Shown here piece by piece: positions 1 to 12,936 of a stretch of 64,000 nt of DNA. This DNA is from Mustelus asterias (taxonomy: Eukaryota), in assembly GCF_964213995.1 (NCBI RefSeq), contig NC_135819.1, positions 46,438,001-46,502,000 of the forward strand. The letters run 5' to 3'. The first letter of the stretch is position 1, and each line of letters starts with the position of its first letter. The notes under the pieces were generated by a model that was given only the letters and a program-made list of their open reading frames with translations, made no database searches and had not been told where the DNA came from. The position numbers and the translations under genes are program-made.

Positions 1-901
1 ACAAAATAATATATCAATTTGTTGGGCTTGATTTAGTCTTTGCTCAAACATATGATCTGAATATAATGTCAAAATATTTAACAATTACCAAGAACTTTTC
101 TGATATATATCTAAACTAAGTCATTATGCCAAATTAGTTTCAAGACCACAATACATTGATTAAAATATAAAACTTGTTATTCTTCTTTACAATCTGCATA
201 TAAAAAGTTTACTTCAAGTTCTAAAAACGGGCATTCAATGTTACCTAGCACAATAAATTCAGTATACTCTATCTTAGCATAACGCCTTGGTGTAAGTGTG
301 ATATTCATGCCTTAAGCCTTTAATGTTTGCAAGCAGTCAGCAAAAATACTACCTGGTGAAAACCCACAGAAAATTTCAATTAAGCACCTTATTTATTCTT
401 CCAGATGTGATTCAAGGAATGTCATGCAAAGTCAATGAATGACAAGGTTGTGTGATTTTGACAATCACCCCCACCAAAAGCCAACGACTTTAGAGATAAT
501 GATAATACTGTAACCTGTACAGGAAAGAAGATCAAGTACAGAACTCTGATGTTGGTTCTTGTCCAACCTGTTCAACACATTCCATAAGGCTATAATGCAA
601 GACCACAAGAATGAATTTCAATAAAAGCCAACAATCCATGTTTACGAATACTTTTCAAAGTAAAGTTAATAAGGAATTTTAATGAAAGGATACTAGTCAG
701 CAGTTACGCATGTCGGAAATGCTAGACAACATTACGGTGGTAATTTACATTTCCCAATAAATGTTACCTATTGTTGCACTATTTTGCAAATACACTTTTA
801 TCTTAATCCATGTTACAGGATATTTATGAAATTTGACAGGTACAAGTCTTTTAAGGTTTTAAGTTCTTTTCACCTCCCTGGTGAAATACCTGACCACATT
901 T

Positions 902-1336
902 AGAACATAAGAACTAGAAGCAGGAGTAGGCCATCTGGCCCCTCCAACCTGCTCCGCCATTCAATAAGATCATGGCTGATCATTTTGTGGACTCAGCTCC
1001 ACTTACCCGCTCGCTCAACATAACCCTCAATTCCTTTACTGTTCAAAAATTTATCTATCCTTGCCTTAAAAACATTCATTGAGGTAGCCTCAACTGCTTC
1101 ACTGGGCAGGGAATTCCACAGATTCACAACCCTTTGTGTGAAGAAGTTCCTCCTCAACTCAGTCCTAAATCTGCTTCCCCTTATTTTGACGCTATGCCCT
1201 CTAGTTCTAGTTTCACTCGCCAGTGGAAACAACTTCCCTGCTTCTATCTTATCTATTCCCTTCATAATCTTATATGTTTCTATAAGATCTCCCCTCATTC
1301 TTCTGAATTCCAATGAGTATAGCCCCAGTTTACCCC
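902..1336 (-). mobile_element. CR1 LINE 3' fragment
   Basis: ORF2 C-terminus LGLYSLEFRRMRGDLIETYKI...FFTQRVVNLWNSLP plus a ttcttatgttct tail. Confidence 0.92.
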
Positions 1337-2653
1337 ATATTAATTCAATTTTCACTGCCCAGAAGAGAATATTTTCACTCAAATAGTCCAATCGCTGCCA
1401 TAAAATCTGCTGAACACATTGATGGTACAATATTGACATTCATACACTCTAAAGTGGAAAATATTTAGAGTTTAAGTACATATTTTCAGGTTTCTACACT
1501 CAAATGTTTTCACAGTTTTTAATATTTGAAATGAAGTGGATCATTCACATCACACAAGTATTGGCAGCATACAAAATAATCCAACACGATAGAATACAAC
1601 CACTGACAGCATGATGAAATTGCTCTTATATTTCTGGGTACCAACAGTTTAAGTCATTAGCAAGAGTGTTACTTTAATTGGCAGAATTTAAAGGCAACGT
1701 AGCAGAACAGCTACAATATCCAGTATCTCCTAGTTATGTAGGACAAACACTTTATGACAATTAAAAATAGATCGTATTATACAACATGTTTCAATTTTCT
1801 TTACGAAAGCAGGAGATGTTTGAAGAACGCACGGACGTAAACTGCATGCCTCTTCGGAGCAACTGAGAGGTACTGCAAAATAAATTATAGTGCATTGTCT
1901 TGGACAGTCAGAAGTGAGATGAAGGGGGTTACATTAATGTTCAAGGGTGCGAACTTGCATAAAAATTCTTCTAAGCTATTTTTCCACTGGCTAAACTTGC
2001 TATGAAATAATAGGTAGTGCTAGTAGTGGCTGATGGGTTCTCCGAAATAAGTCCTGAAAAGCATCCTCAAAATTGACAAAGCATTATAATGTAGTTGGCA
2101 ACTGAACTAGCAGACCGTAGCAAGAATTCATCCACATGAAATTTTGAAAAAAAAATGTAACACCCTTTTTAACCTCGGGTCTCGTACTTTTTATAAAAAA
2201 GCTTGAAGGTATGCTCGTATGAAATCACAGACTTTATCCAAGATAAATACCCCAGCTCCAAAAGCCATACAAAGGTAGATGGAAATCTTACTGAACCCCT
2301 CAACGATCAGGCAATGGTGTGAACTGGCAATATTTGATATCTGCAGAAGTAACTTGTCAGTTGGCATCATCTTACAGTTATTTCAACTTCAAAGATGCCT
2401 CACCTACCTTCCCCTCTCCAATCTAAAACTAAACAGTGCAAGCACTTCAGAGTGCAAATTATTTTCATCCAACATAAAAGGCTAGGAATTGGCCATGGAA
2501 GGAGCATTCATGATGGGTTTAAATGGGTGATAATCAGCTCAGGATCCTTCCACCACTTTCCCACTATTCCCCAAAGGAAAAAAACGGTGTGTGAGAGAAG
2601 ATAAGCTAAAAAAAAGTTAATATAATATATACTAGTTTAATACAAACTCTTAC

Positions 2654-2795
2654 TAGGGAAATCTTTTCCATCCGGAAAATAATATTCAGTGAATTCAATA
2701 TGAATAGCTGACATCTCTGTTGGAAGATATAATGACTTCTTGTTGCAGCAGATCATTGCTTTTGGGGAATCTCGACGCTGATCTGCTGTAGAAAC
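2654..2795 (-). CDS. BLTP3B: BLTP3B coding exon (~exon 12)
   Basis: VSTADQRRDSPKAMICCNKKSLYLPTEMSAIHIEFTEYYFPDGKDFP; tgcag| ... |gtaag; 142 nt. Confidence 0.95.
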
Positions 2796-3384
2796 CTGCA
2801 GAAAGAATAAAGTGAGGAATTTTATGAAGTTATCCAAAGAGTGATATCAACAGTACCATAAAGCATCAGAGCACCAAAAATCTGATTTCAAAATCCCACA
2901 ACACCAAGCTGTGAATCTGAACAAATAAAAATAATAGTTTGTGGACTAACACCAGAAAATCATCATGACAGTTCCCTACTCTGGGCTACGTGTGATTCCA
3001 GTTCATGCCATGTGGTTGACTCATTATACCCTTGGGGTACTTAGTAATGGCCAATAAATACTACTTGCCAATGTCGCCCACATTTGAAGACAAAAAAAAT
3101 ATTTAAGTTCTAATATTGAGGCCAATCAGTGCTTAGAGAGAGCAAGTCAGCATATTCTATAAATAGTCAGTCTTATAAAAATCACAAAAACAGCGTCCAA
3201 GGTGTAAATGTATTTTGGAAGTTATGGTCTACAACCCGTGAACTTCTTCATGTTCAGTGATGGCTATATAACAGAGAACTCCTACTCTGCCTGGAAACAT
3301 TGTTTAGAGCCTCTCAAATATACAAAAGGTTATTGTCGAATTAAGATTTTGCAATTTATGCCTCAAAGATGCTCATTGTTCCAT

Positions 3385-6300
3385 TGGAGCAAGCAGAGAG
3401 GGAGTGATCTGTGGCAGGAGTGCTGGTGAGAGATTTATTTATTTAGTCAATTAGTGTGTTTTTTTTGCCTTTATTTTTGTAGTAGTATTTTTCTTAATTT
3501 TAAACTGAAAACCGGAAGTGGGCTGCTAAGGAGTCTGGGAAGGGTTTTTTTAAGCGCGCAAAGTATAAAAGATAGGCTGTAGTATACAGCGGGCAGCGTC
3601 GGGAGCGGGCAGTGGAGTGAGCAGGGAGCAGAGTGTGAGCTATAAGGGCTTTGGCTCACAGGGCTTCGGGGGACAGGGCGAGCAGGGGTGAGTTTTTAAT
3701 TTCTTATTTACTTTTCTCGGTGTACCTTGGTATAAAGGGGCAAATATGAGTGTAAAGCCAGTGTGTTGTTCCCAGTGTAGGGTGTGGGAGGTCCTGGAGG
3801 CACCTGGCCTCCCGGACATCCACATCTGTGAGGGGTGTGTCGAGCTGCGGTTCCTGAGGGACCGTGTTAAGGAGCTGGAACTGCAGCTCGAGGATCTTAG
3901 GCTGTTAAGGGAGAATGAGGAGGTGATAGACAAGAGCTATCATCAGATGGTCACTCCAGGGCCACGGGTGGAGGCCAAGTGGGTGACGGCCAGGAAGGGT
4001 AAATCTCGGGTGATTGAGAGCACCCCGGTGGATGTGCCCCTACACAACAAGTACTCCTGCCTGAGTACTGCTGGGGGGGACAGCCCGCCTGGGGGAAGCA
4101 GCAGTGGCCATGTCTCCGGAGTGGAGTCCGGCCCTGTAACTCAGAGGGCTAAGGAAAAGAGGAGGAAGGTAGTGTTAATCGGGGACTCGACAGTAAGGGG
4201 GTCGGACAGGCGTTTTTGCGGAGGCAGGCGGGAGTCTCGGATGGTGGTCTGCCTCCCTGGGGCCAGGATCCAGGATGTCGCTGGTCGACTCCCAGAAATC
4301 CTGAGGGGGAGGGAGAGGAGCCAGAGGTAGCGGTACATATTGGTACCGCTGATGTGGGAAGGAAGGAGGAAGGGGGAATGGGTCATGAAAAGAGAGTATA
4401 GGGAATTAGGGAGACAGCTGAGAAGGAGGAAAGCAAAAGGTAGTAATCTCAGGATTGCTGCCTGTGCCACGGGAAGGTGAGGGCAGGAATGGAGTGAGGT
4501 GGAGGATGAATGTGTGGCTGAGGGACTGGTGCATGGGGCAGGGATTCAGGTTCCTGGACCACTGGGGCCTCTTTAGGGGCAGGTGTGACCTGTACACAAA
4601 AAACGGGTGGCACTTGAATCCCAGGGGGACCAATATCCTGGCAGGAAGATTGTCTAAGGCTACTGGGGAGAGTTTAAACTAGATAGGTTGGGGGGAGGGG
4701 ATTAAGACGAGGTGACTGGGAGCGAGGAAGTTAGCTCGCAAACAGAGAAGGGTTTTAGACGGTGCAAGAGGGAGGATGGACGGGGGATAGAGAAGGGGAG
4801 AACTCAGACCAAAGGATTGAGATGTGTTTACTTTAATGCCAGGAGTATAGTGAATAAAGGGGATGAGCTCAGAGCGTGGATTGATGCCTGGAAGTGTGAT
4901 GTGGTGGCCATTACGGAGACTTGGATGTCTCAGGGACAGGACTGGATACTACAGGTGCCGGGATTCAGATGTTTCAGGAAGGACAGGGAGGGAGGCAAGA
5001 GAGGAGGTGGAGTAGCACTGCTGATCAGGAATAGTGTCACAGCTGTAGAGAAGGTGTATGCTGTGGAGGGATTGTCTATAGAGTCTCTGTGGGTGGAAGT
5101 TCGGAGTGGGAAGGGGTCGATCACTTTGCTGGGAGTTTTCTATAGGCCGCCCAATAGTGACAGGCAGGTGGAGAAGCAGATAGGGAAACAGATCCTGGAG
5201 AGTTGCAATAATAGCAGAGTTGTTGTGATGGGAGACTTTAATTTCCCAAACATAGATTGGAATATCCCAAGGGTAAGGGGATTGGATGGGGAGGAGTTCG
5301 TTAGGTGTGTTCAGGAGGGTTTCCTGACACAGCATATGGACAAGCCTGCAAGAGGAGAGGCTTCACTTGATCTGATGCTGACCAATGAACCTGGACAGGT
5401 GTCAGATCTCTCAGTGGGAGAGCATCTTGGGGATAGTGATCATAACTCTATCTCCTTTATGCTTGCATTGGAAAAAGAGAGGATCAGGCAAGCTAAGAAA
5501 GCGTTTATATGGAGTAAGGGGAAATATGAAGACATGAGGCAGCAAATTAGAGGAGTAAATTGGAAGGAGGTATTCTCGGGGAAATCTACTGAAGAGAGGT
5601 GGACGTTTTTCAAGGAATGTCTGTCTAGGGTTCTACAGGACAATGTTCCAAGCAGACAGGGAGGAGTTGGTAGGTTAAAGGAACCGTGGTGCATGAAAGC
5701 TGTGCGGGACCTAGTCGAGAAGAAAAGGAAAGCGTGCAAAAGGTTCAGAGAGCTTGGCGAAGATAGGGATCTAGATGAGTATACGGCTTGTAGGAAGGGA
5801 CTAAAGAAGGAAATTAGGAGAGCCAGAAGGGGTCACAAGAAGGCCTTGGCAAGTAAAATTAAGGAAAACCCTAAGGCATTCTATAATTATGTGAAGAGTA
5901 AAAGGATGAGTCGTGAAGGAATAGGGCCTATAAAAGGTGAAGGCAGGAAAATCAGTACAGAACCAGTAGAAATGGCAGAGGTGCTTAATGAGTATTTTGC
6001 CTCGGTTTTCACAGAGGAGAAGGACATGGGTGGATGTACTGTGGGCTTGCGGTGGACTGAAAAGATTGAGTATGTGGACTTTAACAAAGAGGTTGTGCTG
6101 GAATCTTTGAATGGCATCAAGATAGATAAGTCGCCGGGTCCGGATGGGATGTACCCCAGGTTACTGTGGGAGGCGAGAGAAGAGATTGCAGAGCCTCTGG
6201 CGATGATCTTTGCGTCGTCGATGGAGACGGGAGAGGTGCCGGAGGATTGGAGGATTGCGGATGTGGTTCCTATTTTCAAGAAGGGGAATAGGGATAGCCC

Positions 6301-7630
6301 AGGAAATTACCGACCGGTGAGTCTAACCTCAGTGGTTGGTAAGCTGATGGAGAAGATCCTGAGGGTCAAGATTTATGAGCATTTAGAGAGGTTTAGTATG
6401 CTCAAGAATACTCAGCATGGCTTTGTCAAAGGCAGATCGTGCCTTACGAGCCTGGTGGAGTTCTTCGAAAATGTGACTAAACACATTGACAAAGGGAAAG
6501 CGATAGATGTGGTTTATATGGATTTTAGCAAGGCGTTCGATAAGGTCCCCCATGCAAGGCTTCTAGAAAAAGTGAGAGGGCATGGGATCCAAGGGGCTGC
6601 TGCCCTGTGGATCCAGAACTGGCTTGCCCAAAGGAGGCAGAGAGTGTGTATAGATGGGTCTTTTTCTAAATGGAGGTCAGTCACCAGTGGTGTGCCCCAG
6701 GGATCTGTTCTGGGACCCTGGCTTTTGTCATTTTCATAAATGACCTGGATGAGGAAGTGGAGGGATGGGTTGGTAAGTTTGCCGACGACACGAATGTTGG
6801 TGGGGTTGTGGATAGTCTGGAGGGATGTCAGAAGTTACAGAGGGACATAGATAGGATGCAAGACTGGGCGGAGAAGTGGCAGATGGACTTCAACCCAGAT
6901 AAATGCGTAGTGGTCCATTTTGGCAGGTCAAATGGGATGAAGGAGTACAATATAAAGGGAAAGACTCTTAGTACTGTAGAGGATCAGAAGGACCTTGGGG
7001 TCCGGGTCCATAGGACTCTAAAATCGGCCCTGCAGGTGGAGGAGGTGGTTAAGAAGGCGTATGGTGTGCTAGCCTTTATCAATCGAGGGATTGAGTTTAG
7101 GAGTCCGGGGATAATGATGCAGCTATATAAGACCCTCGTCAGACCCCACTTGGAGTACTGTGCTCAGTTCTGGTCGCCTCATTACAGGAAGGATGTGGAA
7201 AAGATTGAAAGGGTGCAGAGGCGATTTACAAGGATGTTGCCTGGATTGAGTGGCATGCCTTATGAGGGAGCTTGGTCTTTTCTCCTTGGAGAGACGTCGG
7301 ATGAGAGGAGACCTAATAGAGGTATATAAGATGTTGAGAGGCATGGACTCTCAGAGGCTTTTTCCCAGGGTGGAATTGGCTGCTGCGAGAGGACACAGGT
7401 TTAAGGTGCTGGGGTGTAGGTACAGGGGAAATGTTAGGGGGAAGTTTTTCACACAGAGGGTGGTGGGCGAGTGGTGGAGGCAAACTCAATAGGGTCTTTT
7501 AAGAGACTCCTGGATGAGTACATGGGACTTAATAGGATGGAGGGTTAGAGGAAGGACTAGAAGGTAGGGATATGTTCGGCACAACTTGTGGGGCCGAAAG
7601 GCCTGTTTTGTGCTGTAGTTTTCTATGTTT
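3385..7630 (+). mobile_element. Full-length CR1 (HER1-like) LINE, inactivated: 5'UTR, ORF1 (zinc finger/leucine zipper + SGNH esterase), ORF2 (APE endonuclease + RT)
   Basis: ORF1 3746-4682 is frameshifted (CSQC..HICEGC, IGDS, HIGT, GWHL). ORF2 runs from ~4682 with NARS, ETW, MGDFNFP, SDH, NYRPVSLTS, QHGF, DFSKAFDKV, GVPQGSVLGP, FADD, and is disrupted near 4703, 6720 and 7265. CR1 tail present; 5' boundary approximate. Confidence 0.95.
3509..3572 (+). promoter_or_regulatory. Candidate CR1 internal Pol II promoter motifs
   Basis: ETS-like ACCGGAAGT (~3511) and TATA-like GTATAAAAG (~3563) in the CR1 5'UTR; motif match only. Confidence 0.35.
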
Positions 7631-7969
7631 AGATGTTACAAATGTTAACGTAATCACAAATTCTTAAATTCATGTAGAATCCAACATTTCAGTGTTTGCA
7701 TTCTTGCTTGCTACTGCTGTTTATTATGTTTTTATCATTTTCTTTAAAATATGAAATTTGAGTGTACCCGACATCTGGATTGATGCTGAAATGTGATGGA
7801 CACTCAGAGTAAATCAGCATATATGCCATGTTCTGAAAGAACAAGTGTTATGTATTGAATGTATAATACAAGGCCTGCTGCTAATGTGCAGCTGGGTCTT
7901 TTAAAAGCCACAAGACATAATTGTTAAGTAAACAGAGCCTATTGCTTATTCAATGAACTACTGTAGGGA

Positions 7970-8063
7970 TTTCTGATGAAGGGTCATCAACTTGAAACTT
8001 GCTTCTCTCTCCACTGATGCTGCCTCATCTGATTTGCTATTTCCAGTATTTTGTTTTATTTCA
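7970..8063 (+). mobile_element. Penelope-like pLTR fragment (second family) with degenerate hammerhead core
   Basis: CTGATGA-agggtcatcaactt-GAAAC followed by ctctctccactgatgctgcc; related pieces at ~44478-44552 and, on the minus strand, ~49570-49690. Confidence 0.6.
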
Positions 8064-8616
8064 TAAGCACACCATCAACAGTATTTTGCTTTTATCTGGT
8101 TATTCTACTATGGAATCACCTTCTATCTCACCCTTAAAGATAAAATTCCTTCCCCCACCATTTCTAAAAAACAAACAATGCCACTGCTGACCCTGCAACC
8201 ATCAATTTGCCTCGCCAACAGATAATGACCATGGTTCTAATTTTTATAATTGTGTTTATTAACCCCAAATCAATTTACTTATCTCAGAATCTGTGGCATA
8301 TATCCATTAACCTGTGTGAGGAAAAAAATGTTTTCAACTCTAAACTTGTTCAAGACATATGAATTTCGTACTTCAGTATCAGTTGGGAGTATAAAGCACA
8401 AGAGGGCATTATCTTAAAAGTACAGCTAGCCCATTTAGGAGTGAAATCACAAATAACTTTTTCCACATTATTGCTCATGAAAATTTGGAAGTCTCTCCAC
8501 CAAAAGTGGTATCAATTAAAAATTTCAAGACTGGAATCAATGGATTTTTCTGAGATAAGAGCATTCAGGGCCATGGAGCAAAGGCTACTAAACAGAGTTG
8601 AGGCACAGATAAGTGG

Positions 8617-8828
8617 GTGGAGTTTGCACATTCTCCCAGTGTCTGCATGGGTTTCCTCTGGGTGCTTTGGTTTCCTCCCGCAGTCCAAAGATGTGGGGTC
8701 AGGTTAATTGGCCATGCTAAATTGTCCCTTAGTGTCAGAGGGATTAGTGGGGTAAATACAATAGGGCCTGGGTGGGATTGTGGTCGGTGCGGTTGAATGG
8801 CCTCCTTCTGCACTGTGGAACTCTACGG
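8617..8828 (+). mobile_element. HE1-like V-SINE, 5'-truncated
   Basis: V-domain gtggagtttgcacattctcc...gggtttcctctgggtgct and CR1-type tail; sits within a degraded CR1 3' remnant (~8330-8900). Confidence 0.85.
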
Positions 8829-9099
8829 TAAGCCATAAAATAAATGAATGACAGAACAGTCCCAAGGGACTGAATGGCTTGTATTCCTATTTCTATGTCC
8901 TCTAATCCTAAAACATGCCACACCTTCCCCCACAGTCTTTTTCCCCCCAGGAAAGGTTCAAGCCTTTCTCCAGATCTGTGTAGCCCAATGCCGGACGTCA
9001 TCTGGATCACTCTGAATCCTTTATAACATATGTATAGGCTTTCAGATATCCAAAATAATGTGCCACATTCCAGCACTAGCCGCACCATTCTAAATGTAT

Positions 9100-9660
9100 C
9101 ACTAATTTATAATCCAGTGCCATTGTATGCCTTTTTTAGCTTTTTCACATTTACTGTCACTTGTAGCTACATGCACTAATTCATAATGAAATTCACCAGC
9201 CATATTTCACCTCACCCACATTTTCTTCATGTTGAGTTAAACACAGTAAATAGTTTTTTGAGTCATTACCCAGCCATGAAGCTTGGGCAGATTTAACACT
9301 ATCATTATAGATAACTGTTCAAATCATCATTCTCAAAGATAAAAAATTGCAGTGGCACCAGAACAGATCCGTGCAGAAACCACACTAATTGCAAAAGCCA
9401 AGTGCCTTCCTTTATCAACACCCTCTATCTTTTGTGGTCACGCTAATTGTCAAACCAGTTACATAATTGGATAATAAGCTTCCTTCCTCACTGCATAAGA
9501 AGCTTGTCAAATGTCTTTTGAAATTCTAAATAAGTTACAATATATTTTACGGAAATATTCTCCCTCACAAGCTTAGTTATCATTTCAAAATATTCCAGGA
9601 TGTTTGTACAGTATGATGCAAGACTCATAAAACCACACGACTGCTCCTTATGATCAAAAC
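9100..9660 (-). mobile_element. Ancient degraded CR1 RT fragment
   Basis: Minus strand reads LxFQKTFDK-like at ~9500-9535 and a GVPQGSVL-like remnant at ~9350-9380. Confidence 0.55.
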
Positions 9661-9941
9661 TCCACTTAATTGGAGCAGCAGGACTGTGAGCACAAAAAAG
9701 CTTAGCAGTTGCACACCAGGAGCTTTTGATTTTTTAACGAATTAAAATGCATAAAATATAGGTTTCCTTGAGATTTATTCTAAGGGAAATCTAAAGGAAT
9801 TTACTCTGTAATATCAAACATAGTTTCTCCCTTAAGCGGAATTACAATAGTATTACATTAGAATTTAATATAAGATCAGAAAAACATGTCAGAAATTATA
9901 CAGGTTAAATAAATTCCAGCTCCAAAATATCTTGTCCTCAC

Positions 9942-10099
9942 CTGATAAATATTTAAATCCTCCACTCTGAATACAAAGCAACTGGATAATAATTTTGTCT
10001 TTGATTGCTGACTAGCTGCAGGTGAAATATTAGCAGGACTGGTTCCTTTTGACAGCTGTTCTTTTCCTGTAGTTACAGGTTTATGTCTGAGTGTGGTTT
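9942..10099 (-). CDS. BLTP3B: BLTP3B coding exon (~exon 11); alternative in-frame acceptor possible at 10066
   Basis: Read manually: (E)TTLRHKPVTTGKEQLSKGTSPANISPAASQQSKTKLLSSCFVFRVEDLNIYQ; tacag| ... |gtgag; phases fit both neighbours. Confidence 0.87.
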
Positions 10100-10489
10100 C
10101 TGTATAAAATCAAAACAAGTGCATAAAAGATGTGGACCAAAAATTCTTGAAATGATGGTTACTGCTTTACGAAGTTGTGTGTGTTTCAAATACTTTGCAA
10201 ACAGTGCAAGCACAGCTTATCCACAACAAGATTCCTGAAAAGTCCTTTGCCAAGCAAATTAATCTATCAGGCAATTGTTTAAATAAAGAGAGATGTGCAA
10301 ATGAAGAAGTTTCAAAGTGGCTGCAATCAGAAAGTGCAATTGGTTTGGTACTTTTTCCTTTTGAAGATGGAATCTAATCAACTTGAAACATCTGACAATC
10401 CCAAAACCAGCTTTGGTTCTAATTGATTCTCTTGTGGCAATTTCCTAGCACTCTTCGATGCAAGCTAAGCCAAAGCAGGGCAATAAGAG

Positions 10490-10700
10490 GATGTTAAGTG
10501 CCTGGAATGAGCTGCCAGAGGAGGTGGCGAAGAAGATACAATAGCAACATTTAAGTGGCATCTTGACTGATACATGAATAGGCAGGGAATAGAGGAATAC
10601 AGAGCCTATAGAAGTAAAAGGTTTTTAGATGGTGCCATGTGTCAGCGCAGGCTTGGTGGGCTGAAGAGCCTGTTCCTGTGCTGTACTGTTCTTTTTTCTT
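10490..10700 (+). mobile_element. CR1 3' end fragment
   Basis: tggaatgagctgccagaggaggtgg...gcctgttcctgtgctgtactgttct tail. Confidence 0.8.
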
Positions 10701-10892
10701 CAGTAGCAAGATTTGTGCATGCCTATTTTATCTCAAGTCTACTATGATCAGTATTGCAAGTTACAACTTTAGTCAACATTTTTCATAGTTAACTGGAAGC
10801 ATCTGTATCAGCATTCAAAGATATAAGACCCCTTTCCCTCACAATATTAGAAAAAATTGCTACTTATTTTAAAGAACAAAAGGTATACCTAC

Positions 10893-11072
10893 CTATTAAT
10901 ACATGCGGAGGTGATCCATGTGGAGGTGATGTAGGTTTTGATTTACTATAATCCTTCACTGCTTGTTTTAGCATGTCAACATTGGACTTGAATTCCTTCA
11001 GTAACTCTTTTGCCCACGTTGACCTAGTTTTTGTGGATTCATTATAATACATCCAGTGCTGGCAGCTGTCTC
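10893..11072 (-). CDS. BLTP3B: BLTP3B coding exon (~exon 10)
   Basis: (G)DSCQHWMYYNESTKTRSTWAKELLKEFKSNVDMLKQAVKDYSKSKPTSPPHGSPPHVLI; gtag| ... |gtagg; 180 nt. Confidence 0.92.
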
Positions 11073-11549
11073 CTACACATTATTTTACAAAACAAAGCTT
11101 GTCAAGTCAGGAATTTCACTCCTATATGACATATGAAATATTCAAACACTCGTATTTTGAAAAGCACAAAGTACCATGTTCCTTTGGCAGGGTCGGGGGA
11201 GAAATGAGTCAAGAGTTATTTTCAAATTTCTCCAGGCATCTATTCCAAATATTCCCTTCTTCAAGCACTGTTCCCAATCTTTACCCAGCTCACACTGCAC
11301 CAGGGCTGTTTGCAACCACAGCATCCTATGTTGAAATTCTGACCCTATATGCTTTAAATCATAAAGACTGTCCATTTCCACTTTCATACTATTGCTCCTG
11401 CCTTAACATTCATCTACCGCCAAAATCTTCACGCATGCCTTTGACAACTCCAGATTCAACTATACCAATGCTCATCTGGCTTATTTCCCATCTTCCATTT
11501 TCCCACCGCAATAAATATTATTTAAAGCTAAGATGCCCGATTCTTCTTG

Positions 11550-12180
11550 ATGAATGGTATGCTCTGTCTGTATAGCGCACAAGAAACAATACTTTCCACT
11601 GTATGCTAATACATGTGACAATAATAAATCAAATCAAAATCAATCCCATGCCTAATCTTGCTTACACATCACCACTGTGTTCACTGACCGACATTGGCTC
11701 CAAGCCTCCCCAATGCTTCCAATTTAAAATTCTCATCTTCACATTCAAATCACCAAATGGTTTTGCTTGCCCAATCTCTGTAACCTTCTCCAGTCCTATA
11801 ATCAATTGAGAATCGTGCATTCTTTCAACTCCAGCCCGTCAAATATCCCACATGTCCTTCAGTCCATCCATTATTAACCAGCGTGCCTTCAGCCATCTAG
11901 GCTCCAAGCTCTGGAATTTCATCCCTTGGGGCATTTTCACAGTAATTTTATTGCAGTTTTAACATAATTTCATTTGTGACACTAACAAATAAACTTAAAT
12001 GAACTTAGTCTCTCCAGTTCCCTTTACTCCTCTAAACTCTAAAGCACTATTTAAAATCCATTTTAACTAAGCCCCGAGTCATATTGCCCATTGCTTTTTT
12101 AACTGACTGTGTTTCTGTGAAGCACCATGTAACATTTTACGATGTTAAAAGCAAAATATAAAAGTAAGTATTTGTTGTTT
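11550..12180 (+). mobile_element. Cluster: Rex1/Babar 3' tail (11550-11645), L2-like 3' remnant, solo SINE tail (11926-11998)
   Basis: atgtgacaataataaatcaaatc tail matches the Rex1 copy at 39342; L2-like remnant cacatcaccactgtg...aaaattctcatc. Confidence 0.6.
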
Positions 12181-12201
12181 AACAATCATTAACAACAACA
12201 C

Positions 12202-12534
12202 CGGCACGTTAGCACTGCTGCCTCACAGCTCCAGAGACCTGGGTTCGATTCCTGGCTTGGGTCACTGTCTGTGTGGAGTTTGCACCTTCTCCCCGTGTTT
12301 CCATGGGTTTCCCTTGGGTGCTCCTGTTTCCTCCCACACTCCAAAGATGTGCAGGTTAGGTTGATTGGCCATGCTAAATTGCCCCTTAAATGTCCTGGGA
12401 TGCATAAGTTTGGGAGATTAGCGGGGTAAATATGAGGTATGAAAGGGATAGGGCCTGGGTAGGATTGTTGTCGGTGCAGACTCGATGGGCCAAATGGCCT
12501 CCTTCTGCACTATAGGGTTTCTACGACTCTATGA
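12202..12534 (+). mobile_element. HE1-like tRNA-derived V-SINE
   Basis: tRNA head with B box ggttcgattcc, V-domain, CR1-type tail. Confidence 0.9.
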
Positions 12535-12852
12535 ATCAGATAACAGGAACAATTATTAGGAAAAATGACAAAACATAACTGAAAAGATAAGCTTTTTGAT
12601 TTTGAATGTGCTTTTAGAAGTCAAGAGTGGTAGTAAGGGGGGCTGAGGGAGGGAGTTCTAGAGAGCAGGGCAGAGACAGCTGAAATTGTAGATAATGGTG
12701 GAGTGGATAGAAGTTCAAAGGCGGGTAGAATATGAGAATTAAAGAACACTAAGATGTAGGGTTGGAGGTGGGTGAAGAGAGATGGTGAAATGAGGTGATG
12801 GAGAGATTTGTAATGTACATTTTGGGAATTTCATAGTATTTTAATATTATAC

Positions 12853-12936
12853 CTGCTCTGTGATAGGGATAGTAATCCACTGTAATCTGTGTAAAAGACA
12901 ACTGCATGGCTCCACCTGTGATCTGTTTTGGAAACC
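12853..12936 (-). CDS. BLTP3B: BLTP3B coding exon (~exon 9)
   Basis: (G)FPKQITGGAMQLSFTQITVDYYPYHRA; gacag| ... |gtat; 84 nt. Confidence 0.93.

Noticed and set aside
1-2653. Next BLTP3B exon (IPSPNLY...)
   Set aside because: No matching reading frame was found; it probably lies outside the window.
4930-6279. Antisense ORFs inside CR1 ORF2 (also at 14632 and 25672-27905)
   Set aside because: Shadow ORFs of LINE coding sequence with no independent evidence.
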